From: Acidobacteriota bacterium
GTDB lineage: Bacteria > Acidobacteriota > UBA6911 > RPQK01 > JAJDTT01
Direction: 5' to 3'
Length of the DNA: 64,000 nt
Assembly (NCBI GenBank): GCA_965217775.1
Contig: CBDCJH010000002.1
Span: 992,001-1,056,000, forward strand
Below, one piece after another: positions 57,258-64,000 of the stretch. A program made the translations under genes and the position numbers. Under the pieces are notes generated by a model. It was not told where the DNA came from and did not search any database. It saw only the letters and a list, made by a program, of their open reading frames with translations. The first letter of the stretch is position 1, and every line of letters begins with the position of its first letter.

Positions 57258-60200
57258 ATGATTGGAATCGGTCTTGTCATTTCTTTCCTGTTCTTCACCG
57301 GGTGGGCACGGGCGTCCGCCCCAGAGTCGAAACCCCGGTCCCTGGGAGACCTGACCGGTCCTTGGGAACTGGTCGTGGACGATCACCTGATCCAGGAGAA
57401 GCAGGGACTGGTCCGCCGTTATCATCCGTTTCGCAAACATGCGGGGAACCCGGTCCTGAAGCCCGACCGTCCCTGGGAAGGACAGGTGGCCTATCTGCTG
57501 GGGACGGTGCTCCCGATCCCCGATGGCCAGGGATACCGGATCTGGTACCACACCGCCAATCCGGATGCCGACCCGAAGGAACAATACCGAAACCTCTACG
57601 CCGAGAGCCGGGACGGCGTCCATTGGACCAAGCCGGACCTGGGCATCGTCCGGTATCGGGGCTCGGGAGCCAACAACATCTTCCTGGACCGGATGCGGGA
57701 GAGCCACATTCCTCTGGTGATCCACACCCCCTGGGACCCGGATCCGGAGAAGGAATACAAGCTGGTCTACTACGACTACGGCCGCACCGATCCCCGTCAC
57801 CGGGTCAGCGGTTACTACGGGGCATGGTCCAGAGACGGCATCCATTGGAGCCCGATTCGGGAGGAACCCCTGTTTGCGGACCCCGGAGACGTGGGCAACT
57901 TCGTCTGGGATCCGCACCAGGGCCGCTTTCTGGGCTACGCGAAGATCTTCGTGCCCTATGGCGGACACCGTCGGCGGGCCATCGGTCTGACCGCCACCAC
58001 CGACTTCCTCCACTGGCCACCGACCCAACTGGTTCTGGCCCCCGACGCGGTGGACGACCGCTGGGTGACCGCCGACCGGCAACACACCGACTTCTACGGC
58101 CTCTCCGCCTTTGCCTACGAATCCATGTACCTGGGTTTTCTCTGGGTGTTCCGGATCGACGACGGGCACAACGACGGGACCATCCACGTGGAGTTGGTGA
58201 GCAGCCGGGACGGCATCGATTGGAAGCGGGAAGAGGGAAACCGTCCACCCCTGGTGGAGCTGGGAGCCGCAGGGCAATGGGACGACGGCATGTTGCACAC
58301 CCCGAGTCAGCCGTTGGTCGAGGGGGACACAATCAGGCTCTTCTACGGGGCCTCGGACCAGACCCACGTGAGCCCGGTGGCGGGGGGATGGGGGAACTGC
58401 GCCATCGGCTTGGCCACCCTGCGCAAGGACGGGTTCGCGTCCCTGGATGCGGGCGAGGAGGCGGGCTCCTTCACCACTCGCCGGCTGCGCCATTTTGCCG
58501 GACCTCTCCGGGTGAATGCCGACGCCCGCCGCGGTTGGGTGCGAGTCGAGTTGCTGGACTCGTCCGGAAACGTCATTCCCGGTTTCGGGAAGGATCAATG
58601 CGATCCGGTGAAGGACGACGGCGTCGACCAGGTCGTCCGCTGGCAGGGACGGGACCGGTGGCCGGAGTCCGCGCGGCCCGCGCATCTCCGGTTCCACCTC
58701 CAGAACGCCTCACTGTACTCCTTCCGGGGGGCCGGGCCCATGGAGCCGGCGGACCAATCGCCCCTTCTGGACGTCCTGCTCGATTTCGAGGGGGACGTGG
58801 ACAGCTCAGTCCGGGACAAGCGGACCGAAGACGGACGACAGGACGTGCGGCTGCACAACTCGGTCCGAATCGTCCAGGATCGAGAAGCCGCCGCCTCCGG
58901 CAGCGGCGCGGCAAAGTTCTTCGGGGAGGGGAAGACCCACGACGCCCTTGAGATTCCCGGAACCCGGTATCTGGGCACCCGATTTACCCTCTCGGCCCGC
59001 GTGAAGCCGGCCCTGAAACGGCGCATGCGCCTGTTCAGCAACCATCGAGGGACGGGCCAGCCGGCCACGGGAGAGCTCATCTTCGACTTCAATCCCAACG
59101 GCGGCGACCTTCGGTTAGTCTGCAACGGTCAGACCGTGCGATCCCGGTCGGTCTCCATCTTCACCGATCGCTTCCACCTCATGGAGGCCACCTACGATGA
59201 GGGGCGGGTCCGCCTCTACCTGGACGGCGTCCAGGTCGGTGAGGGACAGCTCATGGCGGGGACTTCCCACCTCTACTACGACCGTTCGATCGTGCTCCAC
59301 TTGACCCCTCCCGGCAGGGCTCCGACCGTGGGGCTCTACCTGGCATCGGATCTTCGGGTGGGACAGGATCTGGAGGGGCGCTTCATCACCCATCGCCACG
59401 AGGCCCGGAGCGATCCCGGGAATCAACTCGTCGGCCTGGTGGACGAGGTTCGGATCATCCGGCGAACCTCCGGAGCGGTCGGACCGCCAAATACCGAAAC
59501 GAGCTTCATCCGGGAAGTCGGGCCGATCCGGCGCTACGGACCGGGCGGAGGCTGGGGAGAGGGGGGATGGGCCCGATCCCTCCAGGCGCCGGACGGCACC
59601 ATCTATCTTTACGGGGACAAGAAGACTCTGGACGGGGGCAAAACCTACGTGGCTCACGAGGGGCCGTCCCTGCAGGAGGTCCTCCGCATTCCGGAGCGTG
59701 TCTTCCATGTCCGCAAGGGGCACTTCTTCGCCCTGGGCGGGGCCGCCGACTTCCAGTCGCCCGGGATCTATACCGTCCGATCCTGGCGTTCGCGGGACGA
59801 CTTGGCGACCCTCCGGGAGGAGCAATCGGTGATTCGGGTTCCGGGCGGTCCGCCGAGGGCCCGGGAAAAGGGCGAGTGGTACGGGCTCTACTTCTACCGG
59901 GACATGCTGGAGATGCCCGACGGGACCCTTATGACCACCATGGAGGGAAACCTGGAACAGGACGACCTGGCGCCCACCGACCGCCGCAGCTCGTCGGAGA
60001 CCCACTATCAGCAGCGGACCTTCACCTTGATTTCCAAGGACGAGGGGCGGTCGTGGGACTACTTTTCCACCGTTGCCGCACCCAAGCCGGGAGACCCGGT
60101 AGGCGAGGGTTTCACCGAGCCGTCTCTACTCCATATGGGCGAAGGCCGTCTGCTCTGCGTCATGCGGACCGGCCACTTCACGCCTTTGTTCGCCAGTTGG

Positions 60201-60566
60201 AGCGAGGATTGGGGAAAGACCTGGAGCGAACCGGTCTACACGGGCCTCGACCGGGGCTGCGACCCCACCCTCCTCAAGCTCCGGGACGGCCGAGTTCTGT
60301 TGAGCTACGGTCTCCGGTTCCCGGCCGGCACCCATCTCCAGCCCAGAGAGCGGGGCGCGCTGGTGCGTTTCGCCATCAGCGAAGACGAAGGGAAGACCTG
60401 GCAGACCGCCACCGTGGCGGAGAGGATGGGTTCGTCCTACTCCACGGTGATCGAGGTGGAGCCCAATATCCTATTCGTCCAGGTGGACGGCTGGTTCTGG
60501 AGGGTCAAGTTGTGGCCAAGGGGGGGATCGGCCCCGACATTGGTAACGGTGCCGGGTGAATACTGA
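57258..60566 (+). CDS. Secreted trimodular protein: GH32-like propeller + LamG-like lectin + BNR/Asp-box sialidase-like propeller
   Basis: Signal peptide, RBS GGAGG; SRDGVHWTKPDLG/RKDGFAS; FTLSARV...ATYD..VRLYLDG...GLVDEVRI; Asp-boxes SKDEGRSW, SEDWGKTW, SEDEGKTW. Confidence 0.85.
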   Translation: MIGIGLVISFLFFTGWARASAPESKPRSLGDLTGPWELVVDDHLIQEKQGLVRRYHPFRKHAGNPVLKPDRPWEGQVAYLLGTVLPIPDGQGYRIWYHTANPDADPKEQYRNLYAESRDGVHWTKPDLGIVRYRGSGANNIFLDRMRESHIPLVIHTPWDPDPEKEYKLVYYDYGRTDPRHRVSGYYGAWSRDGIHWSPIREEPLFADPGDVGNFVWDPHQGRFLGYAKIFVPYGGHRRRAIGLTATTDFLHWPPTQLVLAPDAVDDRWVTADRQHTDFYGLSAFAYESMYLGFLWVFRIDDGHNDGTIHVELVSSRDGIDWKREEGNRPPLVELGAAGQWDDGMLHTPSQPLVEGDTIRLFYGASDQTHVSPVAGGWGNCAIGLATLRKDGFASLDAGEEAGSFTTRRLRHFAGPLRVNADARRGWVRVELLDSSGNVIPGFGKDQCDPVKDDGVDQVVRWQGRDRWPESARPAHLRFHLQNASLYSFRGAGPMEPADQSPLLDVLLDFEGDVDSSVRDKRTEDGRQDVRLHNSVRIVQDREAAASGSGAAKFFGEGKTHDALEIPGTRYLGTRFTLSARVKPALKRRMRLFSNHRGTGQPATGELIFDFNPNGGDLRLVCNGQTVRSRSVSIFTDRFHLMEATYDEGRVRLYLDGVQVGEGQLMAGTSHLYYDRSIVLHLTPPGRAPTVGLYLASDLRVGQDLEGRFITHRHEARSDPGNQLVGLVDEVRIIRRTSGAVGPPNTETSFIREVGPIRRYGPGGGWGEGGWARSLQAPDGTIYLYGDKKTLDGGKTYVAHEGPSLQEVLRIPERVFHVRKGHFFALGGAADFQSPGIYTVRSWRSRDDLATLREEQSVIRVPGGPPRAREKGEWYGLYFYRDMLEMPDGTLMTTMEGNLEQDDLAPTDRRSSSETHYQQRTFTLISKDEGRSWDYFSTVAAPKPGDPVGEGFTEPSLLHMGEGRLLCVMRTGHFTPLFASWSEDWGKTWSEPVYTGLDRGCDPTLLKLRDGRVLLSYGLRFPAGTHLQPRERGALVRFAISEDEGKTWQTATVAERMGSSYSTVIEVEPNILFVQVDGWFWRVKLWPRGGSAPTLVTVPGEY

Positions 60567-60622
60567 CGTGGTTCCCGCAACCCTCCCGCATGCTGCTGGC
60601 GTACGCTGCCGCCATGGCTTGA

Positions 60623-60812
60623 ATGCAAACGGAATTCATCCTGAAGGACATCCACTGTTTCGAGGGTGAACAACGTGCCCTATTGCGCCTGATTACCCTG
60701 CTGGTGAGAGAGAACAGCACCGGAAAAACCTCGTTTCTGGGTTGTTACCGGGTCGTGAGCCAACTATTCGTGAGGCCTTGGTTCGGCCGTGGCCCTGGGA
60801 TTGATTTCAATC
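60623..60812 (+). pseudogene. 5' remnant of an ABC-type/AAA ATPase gene
   Basis: FILKDIHCF...ITLLVRENSTGKTSFL is a Walker A with G>R. Similarity is lost after IDFN; the rest of the 209-aa ORF is antisense to other fragments. Confidence 0.55.
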
Positions 60813-60894
60813 ATTCACAATCCACGTGGGAAAGTGTATTCAAGCAGACGGAACGAGTTGCTTCTGCGACGCTCATCCTGTCGATGATCTACAT

Positions 60895-61166
60895 GGGCCG
60901 TCGTTCCGTGCGCTGCGAGGCGGACGACGTCACTATCGTTCCTATCAAGAAATGCTGCGGAAATTCTCTCGAAGTCGTTGTAGGCGGCGACGTAGTTGAA
61001 GACGGTCTTCTTTGCCTCCAACAGTGGCAAGTTCCGTCTCCAAGGAGAGGGCTTTGCCTGGGACGACTGGAGGCCTGCGTGCTCGAACTTAATCTCGTGA
61101 CGCTCGACTTTGAGCGCGGCGATCTCGCGTGCCAAGTATTTGGCGATACCCTCCTGCAATTCCACC
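60895..61166 (-). pseudogene. Internal fragment of a type III restriction (Res-like) helicase/nuclease
   Basis: WRRNLPLLEAKKTVFNYVAAYNDFER..AFLD..DVVRLAA resembles the C-terminal region of type III Res proteins; no proper start or helicase motifs. Confidence 0.45.
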
Positions 61167-61223
61167 TGCGCCCAGCGACCGTACAGCGCGTCTCCACTCC
61201 CCAAGTGCCATCTCTCGGTTCAC
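61167..61223 (-). pseudogene. Truncated HEPN-domain gene (first ~19 codons)
   Basis: GTG overlapping the MNT stop (GTGA); MNREMALGEWRRAVRSLGA resembles HEPN helix 1, then unrelated sequence and a stop. Confidence 0.5.
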
Positions 61224-61555
61224 AGGACAGCGACTCCTTCGCGTTCAACTGATTCTCTATAGGGGGAGCGAAGAACTCTCAGGCGATCCCACTCGGCCTG
61301 CGTATAGGCCATGATCGAAGGTACCGCCCAAGAGGTCGCGGCCAGGGTGTATCCAATTCGTCGCAGTGGACGCTTGAGGTCAGCTGACTCGTTCTTCACG
61401 ATGAGGAGCACATCGAGATCGCTGTCCTCGTTCGCGTCTCCCCGCGCCTTCGAGCCGTAGATGAGCATCCGCGTGACCGCTCCAGGTTGTTGCTCCAAGA
61501 GCGCCTTCCGGTATTCGTCCAGCCAAGTCTGTTCTTCCGGATGGAGCTTTAACAT
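61220..61555 (-). CDS. Minimal nucleotidyltransferase (MNT) antitoxin
   Basis: IYGSKARGDANEDSDLDVLLI; ends VEREGVAVL. Confidence 0.9.
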   Translation of the reverse strand: MLKLHPEEQTWLDEYRKALLEQQPGAVTRMLIYGSKARGDANEDSDLDVLLIVKNESADLKRPLRRIGYTLAATSWAVPSIMAYTQAEWDRLRVLRSPYRESVEREGVAVL

Positions 61556-61619
61556 GGGTTCATACTTCGATGTCGGATGCCTGCGAAGTGTCGTTGCCGA
61601 AGATGTCGATCTTTGCCAT

Positions 61620-63071
61620 TTACGGTTTCGCTCCGATCTGTTTCAGGTATTCGCGTCCTGTTGCTGTCAGGCGGTAGCGCTGCTTGCTGCTGCGCGGCTT
61701 GTCCGGGATCGTCATTTCGATCAGACTGGCCTGCAAGGCAGGGACCAGATACGCCTTGCGGAAATGTTGACTGTCCCTGAGATCAAGCCTTTCCTGCAGG
61801 CGTTGTCGGGTCATTTCACCAGACAACGCCTTCAACAGTCGAACTTGAGGGGTGACTTGAGGGGTGACTTGAGGGGTGACTTGAGGGGTGACTCCCCCGG
61901 CGACTCTGTCATCCTCAGACGCCGCATGGACCTCCGGGTTCGGACGAAAGGTGACGGTCACGAAGCTGTCGGCCTCGAACTCCGGTTCCGGGCAGTCCAA
62001 CTCCCTCGCCTCGTCCCGGATGCGCCGGATGCCAGTGCCGGCCTTCTCGATGAAGTCGATGCGATGGAGCAGGTCCGCGACCAGTGCGTTCCGCCGGATG
62101 CTCCTGCGCCCAAGTTCGGCCAGGGTCAAGCCCTTGGGGAGGCTGCCGGGGCTGCTCACCTCGATTCGGTCGGTGTAGATCTCCACGAAGACGTTGGCCC
62201 CGTCGAAGAACCAGTCGCGGTGCATGACCGCATTGGTGATCGCCTCGCGTAGCGCCCTCATCGGATACTCCGGGATGTTCTGTCGCCGCAGCCCCTCGAT
62301 CCGATAGGCGGTGCGGGTATTGCGCTCGACGAAACGCAGGGCGTCCTCGATGTCGGCCACGACCCCGCCGTCGAAGTCCTTTCGGTCCAGGATGTGGACC
62401 TTGTCCGTGCCTCTTGCCAGCAGGCAGGTGATGTACGCCTCCGGGAAGAAATGACGTACGTTCCGAGCAAAGAAGAGCACACCGGCGTTTCGGAAGAGCA
62501 GTTTCCCACCCGCCTGCTCGGCTGCCTCGATGTTGACCAGCACGTCTTCGACCGGCAATTGGCCGGTGATGCCGGAGTAGCCGAGCCAAACCTCGAACTT
62601 CTCGCGGTGGAAATCCTCCGGATAACGGAAGCGGGGACAGGGGGAGAGATCGAACCGGATCACGCCTTCGACCCGGAAGAAGTCGCGGATTTCGTCACGG
62701 CTGAGCTTCTGGGTCACTGCGCCCTGACGCCAGAAGATTCCATCGCTGCATTGCACGGGCTTGGCGTCGCTTTCGCGAACCTGAACCACGAGTATCTCAC
62801 CCACCGGCTCCGCCAGCACCTTCACCGGAGGATCGCAATTTCGGGCGATGTCCTGAATGCGGGCGCGCAGAGCGTTGGAGTCCCGGATCCCGATTACGAT
62901 GCCATCATCGCGCACTCCCAGAAGGATCTTCCCTCCAATCGTGTTCGCCAGGGCCACGACTTCCCTCGCCAACGACGACGAGGGACTTTCCTTGAATTCA
63001 AGGGTCGTTCCCTCACCCTGCTGGATGAGGATTGCGAGGTCCGCAGGTGTGATTCTAGCCACGTGAGTCAA
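61620..63071 (-). CDS. Schlafen/AlbA_2 domain + RecG C-terminal-like HATPase + Fic-type C-terminal HTH protein
   Basis: GEGTTLEFKE, VALANTIGG.ILLGV.D; EYPMRALREAITNAVMHRD; RRNALVADLL..IEKAGTGI; IEMTIPDKPRSSKQRYRLT. Confidence 0.88.
   Translation of the reverse strand: MTHVARITPADLAILIQQGEGTTLEFKESPSSSLAREVVALANTIGGKILLGVRDDGIVIGIRDSNALRARIQDIARNCDPPVKVLAEPVGEILVVQVRESDAKPVQCSDGIFWRQGAVTQKLSRDEIRDFFRVEGVIRFDLSPCPRFRYPEDFHREKFEVWLGYSGITGQLPVEDVLVNIEAAEQAGGKLLFRNAGVLFFARNVRHFFPEAYITCLLARGTDKVHILDRKDFDGGVVADIEDALRFVERNTRTAYRIEGLRRQNIPEYPMRALREAITNAVMHRDWFFDGANVFVEIYTDRIEVSSPGSLPKGLTLAELGRRSIRRNALVADLLHRIDFIEKAGTGIRRIRDEARELDCPEPEFEADSFVTVTFRPNPEVHAASEDDRVAGGVTPQVTPQVTPQVTPQVRLLKALSGEMTRQRLQERLDLRDSQHFRKAYLVPALQASLIEMTIPDKPRSSKQRYRLTATGREYLKQIGAKP
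61843..61890. repeat. 12-bp tandem repeat x4 encoding (TPQV)4
   Basis: ACTTGAGGGGTG, four exact copies inside the AlbA_2 gene linker. Confidence 0.9.
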
Positions 63072-63372
63072 TCCGATTGAGGTTCTCGTTCGGAGCGCAC
63101 CTCGGCGATGCTGAGCCAGCCGCGGTCAAACGTAAATGTACGGGCCGTTCCGGCCGGGTCCTGGATCCGAACGATTCGGGGAATCTCCTCGCCGGCGCGC
63201 TGCCCGTTCCAATCATTTCGCTTCGCCATCGCATCCTCGGCGTTCTGCAGCAACTCGTAGATGGAATGGGTTCGATTATCATAGCGATTCGCGAGCAGTG
63301 TCGGGCCGACTCACCAATTTCGGCGCCGTAACGAGGCTTGTTTTCCATGGTAATGCGGTTTCATATTCGACT
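63068..63372 (-). pseudogene. Internally deleted sacsin-N HATPase / NOV(DUF3883)-type gene
   Basis: Frameshifted N-terminus ...RYGAEIG / PTLLANRYDNRTHSIYELLQNAEDAM joined directly to a C-terminal-like RIVRIQDPAGTARTFTFDRGW. Confidence 0.55.
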
Positions 63373-63537
63373 CGTCCCGATTCACTACGTCGTCGGGGTC
63401 ATCCCATAACGTCGGCTATCGGGAGGGTGCAAATAACAGGCGAGCCAATGCCGACCTCGAAGTTCGCACGCTCAGGGGTTTAGTGAAAGGCGAGTCTACC
63501 TTACAATTTGCAGATCGAATTCAATGGAGTTGGAGCC

Positions 63538-63774
63538 ATGGCCATCACGCTCACAGTGACTCTCAAGGGGCAGATCACCTTGCGCAAAGAGGTACTCAAT
63601 CATCTCGGGGCGCGTCCCGGCGACAAACTCGAGGTCGACCTGCTGAAGGCCGGACGGATTCAACTGAGGCCGAAGCGTGGAACCTCGCCGGCAAGCGTCT
63701 TCGGTATGCTTGCAAGACCGGGAACACCACGTCTTTCCATCGAAGAACTCAACCAGGCCGCTGCTTCCGGATAG
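63538..63774 (+). CDS. AbrB/MazE/SpoVT family antitoxin
   Basis: TVTLKGQITLRKEVLNHLGARPGDKL; LSIEELN; RBS GGAG. Confidence 0.88.
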   Translation: MAITLTVTLKGQITLRKEVLNHLGARPGDKLEVDLLKAGRIQLRPKRGTSPASVFGMLARPGTPRLSIEELNQAAASG

Positions 63775-63785
63775 GCGGACGAGGA

Positions 63786-64000
63786 GTGAGGATTAAAGCC
63801 GATCCGAATGTGCTGCTGGGTGCCATCCTACAGGATGACCAGGAACAGGCCTCAGCGGCACGGGCGGTGCTCCTGCGCGCGACGGTCATTACCGTTCCCG
63901 TGCCGGTCTTCTGCGAGTTTGTTTGGGTGTTGAAGCACGGCTACGGTCGGAAGGTCGATGAGATAGCCGTAGCGATCGAGGCCATATGTGAAATCGACGC
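63786..64000 (+). CDS. vapC: VapC PIN-domain toxin (partial, runs off window edge)
   Basis: Manual translation MRIKADPNVLLGAILQDDQEQA...VFCEFVWVLKHGY; GTG start just after the antitoxin. Confidence 0.8.
   Translation, partial: MRIKADPNVLLGAILQDDQEQASAARAVLLRATVITVPVPVFCEFVWVLKHGYGRKVDEIAVAIEAICEID

Overview
High-GC bacterial chromosomal segment. The gene families (Oar-like TonB-dependent receptor with a carboxypeptidase-regulatory N-domain, CRTAC1/ASPIC-UnbV and TPR proteins, DUF1549/DUF1553 cytochrome + DUF1501 pairs, spondin protein) point to Acidobacteriota, plausibly a marine sponge-associated lineage; this is inference. About 40 genes are present, mostly secreted or periplasmic catabolic and uptake functions. 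They include four GH32-like beta-propellers, two GHL10-like barrels, an exported TldD/TldE-like pair, a long minus-strand run (aminotransferase, multiheme-TPR, aldolase, Na+ symporter, CRTAC1, PSD1, DUF1501, AAC(3), sulfite-oxidase-like) and four toxin-antitoxin loci. Mobile and repeat DNA comprises one complete IS1595-family element (26-bp IRs, 8-bp TSD, two small passenger ORFs), two copies of a 158-bp MITE and a REP/REPIN family. The right end is a decaying defence island. The most striking signal is at the left edge. A small exported Cys-rich ORF ending in DPPPR (CutF/CruR-like) lies upstream of an OprC-like TonB receptor, and its Asp-Pro-Pro codons are a perfect 9-nt complement of the receptor's Shine-Dalgarno region. 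This suggests metal-sensing translational control by ribosome stalling. No rRNA, tRNA or CRISPR array was seen. All family assignments come from motif recognition, not database searches.
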